Part shown: one piece after another, positions 1-11,200 of the stretch
Layout of the letters: every line of letters begins with the position of its first letter
Position numbering within the stretch: position 1 is the stretch's first letter
Assembly (NCBI GenBank): GCA_946965045.2
Contig: OX337229.1
Coordinates: forward strand, 1,984,001-2,048,000
Source of the DNA: Epithemia pelagica
Lineage: Eukaryota > Protista > Bacillariophyta
DNA: 64,000 bases
Reading direction: 5' to 3'
The notes under the pieces: model-generated
What the model was told of the DNA's origin: nothing
Seen by the model: the letters and a program-made list of their open reading frames with translations, nothing else
Databases searched by the model: none
Translations under genes and position numbers: made by a program

Positions 1-987
1 GCGTCGTCATCGACCAGTTCATATCATGTAGTAGATGCAGTTTTGGACCAAGATGAGAGCTCGTCCATTCCAGGCAACAAACGGCGGCGGCTCACTTTGG
101 TTGCTTCCAAAACTCTGAAGGACCATAACTCGTTGGAACAGCTTCTTCAGACTGAGGAAAGCAAGGCAGCCACAAAAGCTAAAACTAGCAAAAAGAAGAA
201 ACCATTAAAAGTCCTGAATCCACTGGAACGAAAAGTCGACGAGTCGTTGAAGCAGGTATATCAAGGCGAGATTTCTCCTCGGCAACATTTTGATTATCTA
301 AGCCGCGATGAGTCTCTGGTGCCTCGACGTCTTCATTGGCTTGCATGGAGCAATGCTGAAATGGGAAACTTGCTACATGCATGTGCCTTGTGGAATGATA
401 GCGAGCTTGCAGCGGAGTTGCTGAATGGCAGAAATATTGGGAAAATGGGGACACAAATGGACGGCGACGGTCGCACTCCATACCAGATTGCCGAGCTCAT
501 GGGCCATGAGCTAGTGATTCAGGTATTGGAAGCATTTGGGGCTGATATTTCGAATTATGTCTACGATATATACTGTATAGATGGATCTTCGGAGGTAGAT
601 ATGACGGAAAATCAGTCGCTCCATCCTCTCGACGACAACGATTCGCCAGTTGGTCAAGACTTGTCTTGCCATTTGAAGGGTGGCTATGGGTATTGGGACG
701 AAGATGGTCAGCTCATGTTGGAGGCATTTGATCGCCACGAACTAGAAAACGACGGATACGAAAAGGATGAGGAGGAGGACGACGAAGACTCCAATGACGA
801 AGGTCATGTGGCCAATGACTATCCGGACGAGGAAGACGAAGAAAGGCAATGGGGCTCACAGGAGGATGGGGAGAGTGATGACGAAGACATTTTGGAACAG
901 GATAATACATTTCGTCACGCCCCCGTTGATTTGGGAGAAGAGGACTTTGATGCCGCTTATGGAATATATGGACAATCGGAACCCTAA
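1..987 (+). CDS. 5'-truncated protein with an ankyrin-like repeat and an acidic Iwr1/SLC7A6OS-like C-terminus
   Basis: Frame 1 is open from base 1. Ankyrin-like segment DGDGRTPYQIAELMGHELVIQVLEAFGAD, then YVYDIY and DEDSNDEGHVANDYPDEED, resembling the Iwr1 family motifs. Confidence 0.55.
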   Translation, partial: ASSSTSSYHVVDAVLDQDESSSIPGNKRRRLTLVASKTLKDHNSLEQLLQTEESKAATKAKTSKKKKPLKVLNPLERKVDESLKQVYQGEISPRQHFDYLSRDESLVPRRLHWLAWSNAEMGNLLHACALWNDSELAAELLNGRNIGKMGTQMDGDGRTPYQIAELMGHELVIQVLEAFGADISNYVYDIYCIDGSSEVDMTENQSLHPLDDNDSPVGQDLSCHLKGGYGYWDEDGQLMLEAFDRHELENDGYEKDEEEDDEDSNDEGHVANDYPDEEDEERQWGSQEDGESDDEDILEQDNTFRHAPVDLGEEDFDAAYGIYGQSEP

Positions 988-1354
988 TTGTCATTTCGAA
1001 CACAATCACGGAGACACCAACAGAAACTCATAGAAGTACCTCTAGTAGAAATAGAAACTCAAGGAAGGCATTCGGGTGTGATGTCCGATTGCTTTTGGCA
1101 ATCTCTTCTTTCTAGAAACTCAACCGAAAATATTTTCGAATGGCGAAATGTAGGCATTCCTTTAGCTATGTGTTACTGATTTTAGCACGTGAGCAAATAT
1201 GAAGTTTTCTATCAAACAAATCTATTTCTATCAAAGCCGACAGTTGTAGGGATGGTGGCCCCAAGAAAAACACAGATTGGAGCAAGGGTCCTTGTCCTTG
1301 CTCCTTGACGATTATATTCAGTCTTTCGCCGCTTGAGGTGGTGCAAAAACATGG

Positions 1355-2334
1355 CTAGTGTCCTTGCGCAACACGCGAACAAAAATAAATGTTCCAAAGA
1401 ATTGCTGCCAGGTTGGTATGCAGTACTCGCAGCGATTCGGGAACATAGCGGAAGGACACAAACTGGGAAAATGGCCAGAAGGAATAATTCGCCAGAATGG
1501 CGGCAAATATAGGGCCCAAGCCTTGAAGCGTAAATGGTAGAAACGAAGGGGCTGAAAAAGACAGGAAAGAAGAGCGTTTCGTGAGTGTCTGATAAACTGC
1601 AAACATGTCAATAACCCAAGCAACTCACCTCGCCCAGCGACGAGAGCCGAGAAAAATTCGTAGACATAAAAGTAGGCGGGGAGGAATGCCAAGACACCAA
1701 CAGATTGATCCAAGGCCAGTTCGGCAGCAATTCGTTGGCCGTCGTTCCATCTGTACAATCGCTGGAGTCGTTGCCCAAAGCCAGCTGTAATGCCATACCA
1801 GGAATGAAGAAAAGGTGCCTTGAAGAAAAATCCCACCAAGGCAAAACAAAGAGTTCGAGGATAATCGTACACAAACACGCGGCCTGCGGAATACGCTGAC
1901 AGGGGCTGGGAAGTGGCGTCCCCCAATACCTGCACTACAGCCGCTGTACTAGCTTTGGTGAGCAAGGGCCGTTGCTTCAACGCCTTCATGTACCATGAAA
2001 TCCATGATGAGATCAAGGGACTAGTTGACCTCTTGTCCGTTGGGAAAGGCACTCTGTTCTCTGGGTATATCACTCTTGTCCTTGCAGTAGCGGAACCGAA
2101 CCCATAGCTATTATCTTGTGTCGAATTTCGGAAGTAAGTCCATGTAGCAGCTGTTGTTGAGCCACCACGGCCGGTAACAACGACAGCAGGACGCGGTTCT
2201 ACCAGGGAAACTGGACTGTCACCAGTTCTGACGTTGAGAAACGGAGTGCGAATGGGTTGAGAATGAAATCCATGCAACGTAGACGCAAAAACAAATACAA
2301 TCAAAAAGAATGATCGGAGGCCGAAAAAGTCCAT
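1355..2334 (-). CDS. Mpv17/PMP22 family membrane protein (2 exons; intron ~1628-1553)
   Basis: LKQRPLLTKASTAAVVQVLGDATSQ, RTLCFALVG, LDQ; after splicing, WPFSQFVSFRYVP...WNIY; GT-AG intron keeps the frame. Confidence 0.85.
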
Positions 2335-3035
2335 TGCGCAGGGGAAACAAAGGGATCTAATTCAATAAACAGAAACGAAGCAAGCAAGCGAACTCTGGGG
2401 AAGATTATAAACTGGCGTTGTATCCGGATGTTATTTGCTTGCTTGCTTCAGCGCTATGTCTGGGATACACACAGCTTCTTGCTTGTTGAGGTTGCGTTGT
2501 GATTTTGCTCTCGTCGCCGACAGCGAGTTCTGTGCAACGATGCGGTGGAACGGGGGAATCCGCACAGCCAAATTTGCTGTGGCTTTGATTGTTTGATTTT
2601 TGGTCACGCATGGGGACAAATTGTGAGTGATTGACCGAGCCACAGACAATGGAACAGTCATGCAAGCCGACCAGGCAGAACTCGGACATGTAATAGTTAA
2701 CCCTCCAATCAAAGTGGAGCATTTATGACGTGTCATGGAATCTATGTCGCAGCCTTCCGATGGCAAATCATTCCGGTTGGGAATCTTCAAGGGAACTTAC
2801 ACTTTGTGATATAGTACAAATATCAATAGTGCCCTTCACTTAAGCCTCTTCGAATTGTTCGCCTTGTCCATGTTCCGCGACCGGGCCTTGCGAGCATCAG
2901 GCCGAGACCGAGACAGAGACACGCACGACGAGAGACGCCACAACCAATCACCGCGATTGTTCCAATTGTTGTCTCCAATAAATTCCAATCACCACAACCA
3001 TCGAGAATCATTCCTTGCAAGCCATGGTAGCTCCA

Positions 3036-4417
3036 ATGGACGAGGACGAACTACTGGGGAAGCTCGAGAAAGGCGATGCATTCGTCATCGCCGAACTCCG
3101 CAAATGCATCCTTCAAGAGTCCAATGACTCGTTGCCTAGATTGTTCGCGCATTGGTTCAAGACTTGTTTGAATCAGTTTTGCGTCGCCGTGTCCAAAGAC
3201 CATCCAGATCTTCCCCTCTTGTCCGAGACGAAACGCCTTGGTCAGCTCTTGGAGATTCATCTCAAGGTGTGCCAAGTGGACGAGATTTTTGCTCACGAAC
3301 TAGCATGTGAAGGTTCACACATGCAGTTGCTCAGAATCATTCAATCTCCCATGCTGGGTGAACCAATCTGTGAAAGAAATCAAGATATTGTTATGGAGTT
3401 GCAAGACATTGCATGCTCCATAGCAGCAACTTATGATACCTTTCCCATGCGAGTGACCCCTTTTACCTTGGAGGAGCCACAAGAACGTCTTCCTTTGACC
3501 TTTCTCATTGCACCCGTAACAGAAGATGACAACCCCTGTGACGACGTGGTGGAAAACGACAGGATAAACACGTCAAAGAACCAATTGCCCACAGAATCCA
3601 TCTTGATTCATCAAGTAGCGAAGCGGCAATCTGCACAAGAAGATGTTGGGTTTGGTATGTCTCAATATGCATGCGAGTGGTTTGGTTGAAGCTTTTTTTC
3701 TTATTTCGTCTTTTTTGTTTGCAATTCTTGTGAATTTGTATAGTCATGTGGCCCTCGGCGGTTGTTCTGTCTCGTTGGATTGCCACCAATCCTTCTATTT
3801 TGTACGATTCTCAACAAGTTTTGGAACTTGGAGCTGGCTGTGGTCTAGTGGGTCTCCTGGCCTCTCGAATACTTCACAACAGGACAAACTCAACAATAGA
3901 CACTGTCGTAAATGAGACTTCTTCTACGGTTCTTTTGAGCGATTTCAATCCGTGTGTGCTTGAAAATCTGAAACGAAATATCCTTTTGAACAGCGTCTCT
4001 AGTGTATGTTCGACCTGCGGTCTGGATTTCTATCAACAAGGTGAAGCAAGTGACGACACTGGTGAACACAACGACGGAGGATGGTTGGACATGAATGGCG
4101 TTCGACATACTCCAGTGGATGTTGTTTTGGGTGCCGATATTATCTGTCAGCCGTCCGACGCTGTGGCGGCATCTCGGACCATTTGGCATGCGCTCACTCC
4201 TGGAGGACGAGCCTACATTGTCTGTGCCACATCGGCGCATCGATTTGGCGTAGACGTGTTTCCCACTGCGTGTGCTCAAATGGGCCTGAAAATTGAGATG
4301 CAAAATGTGGCCAACCTGTACCAAGGAGCATTGCTCACCAACGGATTGGAACAGACCACCGGCTATGTTTCTGGGATGGAGTTGACCATGTTTACCATTG
4401 AAAAGCCACAGCAATGA
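3036..4417 (+). CDS. METTL21/Methyltransf_16-type protein lysine methyltransferase (intron 3655-3743)
   Basis: Spliced DVGFVMWPSAVVL, VLELGAGCGLVG (SAM motif I), LSDFN, VVLGADII. Confidence 0.85.
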
Positions 4418-4733
4418 GCAGAAATGGATACGGTGAAGGCGACTTTGGTGAAGACTTTTCCAGGAAAGGGATATGCTGTTAGATTCGTAGGTTCGTCGTT
4501 CCTCCTGTATCATGGTTTGTACATATTCCCGTTGGTTTGTACAAGTTGAGCACCCTGGTGGAATTTAGAGATACTTTGATCCATCGTTTGTCTAGCTCAA
4601 AGAATCCAAACTAGGAAGTCAACTTTCCCTGGCAGGGCATTGAACCGAGTCTATGTATATTAGAATAGAAATGACTCTCGAGAAGAGAAACATGCTACAA
4701 AATTTCTTTTCGATAGTGTAGTACACGGGGCCA

Positions 4734-6368
4734 CTATTCCCGCATCTGGTCAAAGAGGCAGTTCGAGTCTGCGCTCTTAAACCGAAGTGCAATTCCCTTC
4801 AGTTTAGTGGCAGAGGTTCGGTCGTCCAATAGTTTGCCACCATTGATGATTCCCTCTTGGTTGGACGTTGGTACAGCAATGACAGAGTCCGCCGATGTGG
4901 CAAAGTGACTGATCATGAGCATGGAGGTTTCTGTCACCACTGGGATGGTGAGAACATAATATGATTTGTCTCCCAAACTGTACGCCACCACCAACTCTCC
5001 ACCACTGCTAACAAAATCCCCGTCCATCGACTGGGCAGACACACCAAGATCCTCAACCAAGTTGGTCAGAAAGACAACCCTTCCACGGTATGTATACTCC
5101 GCAATTTTCTTGGTCATGTCAACGACATCTTTGCCACTGTTGTAAAGAGCCAAAGAAATGCGAATGGGTACAGGAAAGTTGAGCGCAGTCAAGAATCGAA
5201 CCGTCCATGGACAATAATCAACAAAATCCAATAGGAACATGTTCCAGGTGTCTGTCGAATGACTTCTCAAAAATTTGTTGAGAGTTTGTTGTTTGTAGAG
5301 CTGTTGCGACAAACTCATCGGGCGTAGGGGATTGGTTCCCGCCAGCGCTTTCATCACATCCATGGCACCACCGACTCCAGGGGTCAAGACAAACTGTGAA
5401 CAATGTAAATGATGCTGCTTTTTGTTTCCATGCCTTCGAATATCATCCAAAACCATACTGAACAAGTCATTGCAGTTCCGCGTATTGAACCATAGATTGC
5501 GCATCCAAACATCGGCATTGATCACATCAAATTCGGCTTCTAGTTCGCTTTCCGTCCACTCGCGAGAGTGTTTGGCATTGCCCTTGGATGCCGATACCTT
5601 TAAATCTTGACAGAACCGAGGATGAAACAACACAATAACTTGTTTCCCCTTTTGTTCCAAATCGTGAAGGGTCCACCGCGATAACAGGTGGGTCATTTCG
5701 GCCGATGTGATGAGGCGGCTGTTGAATGTTTCGTGAATTTGTTTCAAAAGGAAGAGCTTTTGTTCACTTGCAAATGCCACCCCATACTCAGGGACCAGAT
5801 TAAGGATGAGAACTTCCTTGGTATGAGCGTTTGCAAACATTTCAATTTGCCGCAAGATAGGTAAAAAGGGGCCGGCCTGCATGGATCCATGCCAAACTCC
5901 AATATCCGATGGTCTTTTGCTTCCCTTGAAACCACCAACTCGTAGATCCAACAAGCGAATTCCTGCCTCGAGTTGTTCCAACACGGATAAATTTTGGCAG
6001 CGAGCAATGGCACTGAATGGTCGACTGGGTTGAATGGTGGAGGATGCGGCATTGTGAGTACCAACCACCAGAAGGTCACGATATCGGAGTGTGGGTTCCA
6101 GATTGGCCAAATGTTCCATCCAACAACAAGCCGCACCACCCGGTGCGTGCAGGGCCGACCGTTCGGCTCCCTCTAGATTTCCCAAACTGACACCCGATGC
6201 TTCAAACAAGTTGGAACTTCCATCAGTGGCAGGTGAGGGCATACAGCATGACATTTGCATCCAATTCAAGGCCAAGGAATTGCAGGGGCAGTCTGTGAGC
6301 TCAAACAACCGACTCATCTTTTCAAATTCAGTGGATGTTGCGAGAGGATATCTGGATGGTGTTTTCAC
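4734..6368 (-). CDS. PI-PLC X-domain (PLCXD-like) phosphodiesterase with C-terminal extension; start uncertain
   Basis: GTHNAAS, CQNLSVLEQLEAGIRLLDLRV, WHG, EVLIL motifs in a 544-aa ORF. Confidence 0.8.
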   Translation of the reverse strand: MKTPSRYPLATSTEFEKMSRLFELTDCPCNSLALNWMQMSCCMPSPATDGSSNLFEASGVSLGNLEGAERSALHAPGGAACCWMEHLANLEPTLRYRDLLVVGTHNAASSTIQPSRPFSAIARCQNLSVLEQLEAGIRLLDLRVGGFKGSKRPSDIGVWHGSMQAGPFLPILRQIEMFANAHTKEVLILNLVPEYGVAFASEQKLFLLKQIHETFNSRLITSAEMTHLLSRWTLHDLEQKGKQVIVLFHPRFCQDLKVSASKGNAKHSREWTESELEAEFDVINADVWMRNLWFNTRNCNDLFSMVLDDIRRHGNKKQHHLHCSQFVLTPGVGGAMDVMKALAGTNPLRPMSLSQQLYKQQTLNKFLRSHSTDTWNMFLLDFVDYCPWTVRFLTALNFPVPIRISLALYNSGKDVVDMTKKIAEYTYRGRVVFLTNLVEDLGVSAQSMDGDFVSSGGELVVAYSLGDKSYYVLTIPVVTETSMLMISHFATSADSVIAVPTSNQEGIINGGKLLDDRTSATKLKGIALRFKSADSNCLFDQMRE

Positions 6369-6728
6369 AAAGAATGACGCCTATGTTTATCGATCGACTT
6401 TCTCCCAAGGGCAGACACAGACACACCCATGTAGTGATCGCCAATATGCCAATGGGTTCCCACTCCCACTCAAATTTTTTGAGATCATTGTTGCATCGTC
6501 ATGCATTCTTCGATGCGGCGAATGTGGCGAATAGCGAGCGAGCGTCTTCCACGTACTTTGGTCAGACTCCGCGTAATATTCAGTCGCGTTATCAACGACA
6601 GGAAAATATTATGCGCGACTTTTATGCGACCATAATAATGATTTCTGAAATCGGCTCATTTTTTTGGATACCCTTTTTGGAGTACCTTACATGTAGCAAA
6701 AGACAACCGAAGAACAAACACCACCACC

Positions 6729-7480
6729 ATGAAGTGTGCTCCGTCCAAGAATCTGAATGTGGCCTATCCACAGTTTGAAACTGCTAAAGAAATGTATGCC
6801 CATCTTCGTGAAATCACCAAACCAGTGAGTGCTTTGTCCAGTGTTTCTACTAGTGTATCCTCGCATGTCATTGTTACTGTTCTGAAGAACGTTTTCTGTC
6901 AACAAGCTGATCATGTGTCGGTTATTGCTTACAGGGTGGAGAGTTGGTGGTACGGAATTTTGTGGGTGTGATACAAGATATTTCCCCCGAGGCCTCATTG
7001 GTGGAAACAGAACTGTTTCCAGCCGGTGCCTTGCATTACTACACCAAGAAAAACATGGGCTGGGAGTACAGTCCAGAGGAGCAAGAAAAGTGGCAACTGC
7101 AGGAACGTGGCGGGGCTCAAGGAGATTACCGAGATGGCATGGCAGAAAAGATTGCCAATGTCATTGATTGCTTGTCGACTGAGCCACTCAGTAAACGAGC
7201 CGTCATACCTATCCCCTTCAGTCGAGATGGCAGTGCCTCGATTGATTGGCATGATGCCGGACAATCCAAATGTTGCCGGGAATTGCACTTTTATTTGGAA
7301 GACAGCAAGCTGAAATGTACCGGCATTGTACGAATGCAAAATGCCAACATTTTTGTCAAGAACATTCATTTCTTTGCCGTTCTGATTCATCATGTTGCTC
7401 AAAAACTAAATGTACCAGTCGGCGAGTATACTCATTGGATCACCAACTTATGTCATGATCGATCTGCTACAAGTTGCTAA
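6729..7480 (+). CDS. Stand-alone divergent thymidylate synthase / dCMP-hydroxymethylase-fold protein (~213 aa; intron 6825-6934)
   Basis: Phase-0 GT-AG intron joins MKCAP...ITKP to GGELVVRN. IANVIDCLSTEPLSKRAVI, KCCRELHF and VRMQNANIFVKNIHFFAVLIHHVAQKLNVPVGEYTHW align by eye with the TS core. Confidence 0.7.
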
Positions 7481-7621
7481 CAAAAGCTTGACAAGACATG
7501 AATTCCCTCTAGTCAAGGGTATTTTCTGTTTGTTAGTATGTGATATACCACAACTACATGAGTTTAGCTCCATCCATAACTTCCTTCATCCATAAACAAG
7601 CGTTTGCTATTGTCTGCTGAT

Positions 7622-8188
7622 TCAAATGCCGTACTTGATTTTCATGGTCAACAGACCTTGTTGACCCAGGAGGATTTCGTGAATAAAGGTGAAGATACCG
7701 AGCCAAAAAACTGGGGTAATATCAACGCCAAATGCAGGAGGGATGACACCTTTGACAGCTCGCAGCAACGGCTCAGTAAGAAAAGCCACCAAGGCCCAGG
7801 GCATGTCGGAAATTTTGGTTTCCGGATACCAACTCAGGACGACACGGGCCAACATGGCAAACGACAGGAAATTCAAAAATGGGTCCAAAAACGAGGCAGC
7901 GGGTTGCACCCATGCCTGTGTTTCCGACAATTGTAGAGAGGAGGAAAGAACGGCAGCCGAGGCTGTGACTGTGTCTGGGTCTACCGCGTATAGGGCGCTA
8001 CTCTGGGCCTTGTCGCCGTCGTCGTGACGGCCGCACGGTGGACCAAACTTGCGCGAGTATCTTGGACGACGACAGTCGCAATCAGTCGCTAGGGGCATAA
8101 AGCCTTGTGCCGCATGAAGCGTAGCAAATATAAGCAGGAGGAAGACCTCAATTCTGAACGAAGAAGAAAACAGACGATGCTGCGTCAT
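7622..8188 (-). CDS. YGGT/YlmG family plastid membrane protein with bipartite presequence
   Basis: Signal peptide ...HAAQG-FMP; LARVVLSWYP, LTEPLL, FGVDITPVFW. Confidence 0.85.
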   Translation of the reverse strand: MTQHRLFSSSFRIEVFLLLIFATLHAAQGFMPLATDCDCRRPRYSRKFGPPCGRHDDGDKAQSSALYAVDPDTVTASAAVLSSSLQLSETQAWVQPAASFLDPFLNFLSFAMLARVVLSWYPETKISDMPWALVAFLTEPLLRAVKGVIPPAFGVDITPVFWLGIFTFIHEILLGQQGLLTMKIKYGI

Positions 8189-8276
8189 GGTGAAAAATGA
8201 TTCGATGTGTGTATCGATGATGATGGATTGGATTTTCGATGATGTGGAGCGCATCTATTCCACTGACCACGCATGA

Positions 8277-11200
8277 TTGAAAATCCTCATCGCTCTCTCT
8301 GCGAAGACTCAACCCCAGCCCCCAAACGTTGTCCCGCCGCTCCCCATCATTTTGCCCCGTCCCCGATGCATGCTAATCTACACATCAAAATCACAATGCG
8401 CGATGGAGATGGAGATGGAGGGAGAAAATTTTACCGCCACTATCTTTCACGAATCCGCTCACTCGTTTTCCTTTTTGCCTTTGTTGGGCCTCAACTTTTC
8501 CAAAACGACTTCCTTCACCATAACAACCGATTCCAACCTTTTGCCTGCGGAGGTAGTTGGTGGCGGCGGCGACAACAACAACAACAACAGCAGCAGCAGT
8601 GGGCAAGAAGTGTCAACCACCGGCGAAGAAAATAACAGCCGCATCAACGAGAAGGACGAAAGCATTTGTGTTCCACAACAACAACAAGCATCACACTCCT
8701 TCGAGGACCAAAACAACCACGCGTCATTGCTGACCACAGCAACAACAACCACGTCACAAGAGTTATCGTCGGGAACGCAAGGCTCAGGGAGTAACAAGAC
8801 CGACGACCCAACAACGGACGAGTTGGCAACTGCATTGGAAAGTGTTGTGATAAGGGACGTCAAGAGTAATAGTACGACGGACGGACTTTCGAGTGATTTG
8901 GAAAACAACCAGGTCCAGACCGGGAAGGAAGATCTCGAACAAGAGAAGGACGTCTTGAGGTGGTCTCCATTGGATCCACAAGATTTGGAGGGGCCTGAGT
9001 CTTCCGAATATTTGTTTACGCAGGAGGAATTGGCCGAGGCACTTCGATTTCTTGGTGACGACGAAACCAAGGACGAGTCAGCGCCAGAAACTCAAAGGAA
9101 CGACGACGGGGACGGCAACAACAACGACCACATCGAGTCTTTGGGGCCCATTGAAACTTGGGAGGGAACGCGTATACCTTCCCCTACTCCCATTGCTGAA
9201 TCAGTCAACCCGAGTGAAGTCTTGGACGAAGCAGCCTTGTTGCAAAATCTTCTTCTTGGAGAAGACTTGAATTTTCGTTCTGTCAACGAAGAAGACGACG
9301 ACGAAGAAGAAGCGTTCTTGTTACCCACCTCGAAAGAAGAATTGGCTCAAATTTTTCTTGCGGAAGACCCGCAAGACTTGGCCAATACCAGTAGTGAAAC
9401 TGATCCGAACGAGACAAGTGCACCGAGCCTATCGTTTGAACAGGATTTTGTGGCACAAAGTATTCTGGAACAGTTACAAGGTCTCTCTTTGTCTGTACCA
9501 CCCGCCGAAGCCACACAGGAAGACGATTCGTCGTCCGATATTCCTCCCTTGCAAGAAATTGAACGAACTAGCCAGTCTGAAGCGATTGTAGCTAAAAATT
9601 CAACTCGATCCGCTTTTGGGCTACAATCCAATCCGAGACAGCAACTGGATCCAACTCTCCAGTTATTGGGTTCCCAACTGCCCTTTCTGCAGTGTGAACC
9701 TTGTCCTGTTTCCATTGAAGACGAAAAACAAGGACTGAACCTCGCCTTGCCACCCCCTGTGGAGCCAACAGACGACGAGGAGGACAGTGACAATAACCAA
9801 GACGGTTGGGGAGAAACTGCAGAAAAGGAAAGGGCATTGACAACATCCCAGAAGCCTGATCCAAGTTTTTTGTTGGGAGACGACGTTCTACCGTACTTAC
9901 AGTGCCAGCCGTGCGGTGATCCTACTGGCGAAGCTCCACCACCACCTCCATTTCCCAACAACCAATTCATCGAGGATACCTTAGATTTGGCGGAACTTGA
10001 TGCGATGATGGCAGAGTTCGGAATCACTACTGAGGTCCCTCCGCCAAATGATACAAGAATAATAAACTCCAACAATGATCATGAAGAGGAACCGGAAGCC
10101 GTATCGGACAACAGTTTCCCTCGTCCAGTGGCTTCACCATCCGTCCTTGCCGCTGCGAAACCATATTTGGATACATTTGGTGTCCAACCCACCGAGATAC
10201 AATCCCCAACGACATCGGAACCCGAACCACCAAAGCCTTCATCGAAAGTCTTCCACAACAAGGGTGAGCGAAGTTGTTTGGGACACCGCGAACGTATTCT
10301 TAGTGTGCGTTTTTCGGTTCATGGGACATTGATGGCAACTGCTTCCGCTGATTCAACTATACGGATATGGAGACCTACGACCAATACTTTGCTGAGCACC
10401 CTTTCACATCACGACCAAAACTATGAATGTTTGCGAGTTGCATGGGCGACCTCCGAATGGTTCAAGGATGCAGACTCGATGAAAGGAGATCAATACGAGG
10501 AAAACTCAGTAGACAAGGATGAGGAAGCTCTCCTGGCGACAGCCGGTGCTGATGGGCAAGTCTTTATATTGAAACGAAGAGCAAAGACGTCAACAAGTAG
10601 CAAACGGAAACAGTGGGACACCATGGCATGCATCAACCATGCCAAGGATATGCACCATTATACTCCCGCGGACGCCGAAGATCGACCACAGATTTATGCA
10701 TTACAATTTATTGACAACTTTCAAGTCAGTCCAAACATGGCATGCTCACATGTGAACAATAGAATTTTGTTGACTTCGTCCGAAAATCATTTGCATTTTT
10801 GGGAACTCATTCAAGAACCCAAACCTCAAGATAAGCTTGAAACAGTTATGGAAGAAAACGACGACGACGAAGATGATGACAAACAAGACTCTAAGGAAGA
10901 ACCGCCCGTTTATCCATGGCACTTTCGAGAAATGTTTAGCGTTGGTTTTGGTAATCTTCATACCATGGGAGGCGGCGTATCTGTGGGCCGTGTCACCGAT
11001 GATGCCAACCCGTATCTGCCCATCACGCAAGTCGCGGAAGGTGATACCAATGAGGCTTTTGGAGGAGAGCGGAACCCCAACGGACTTATCTACGTGTTTG
11101 ATGCAGCTTACTGTCCTGTCAACGGATTGATTGGTGTCGCTCTTTCTGATGGAAGTTTACGGTTGTTGAATGGTCGCGGTGTTTGTGTGTCTATTTTACA

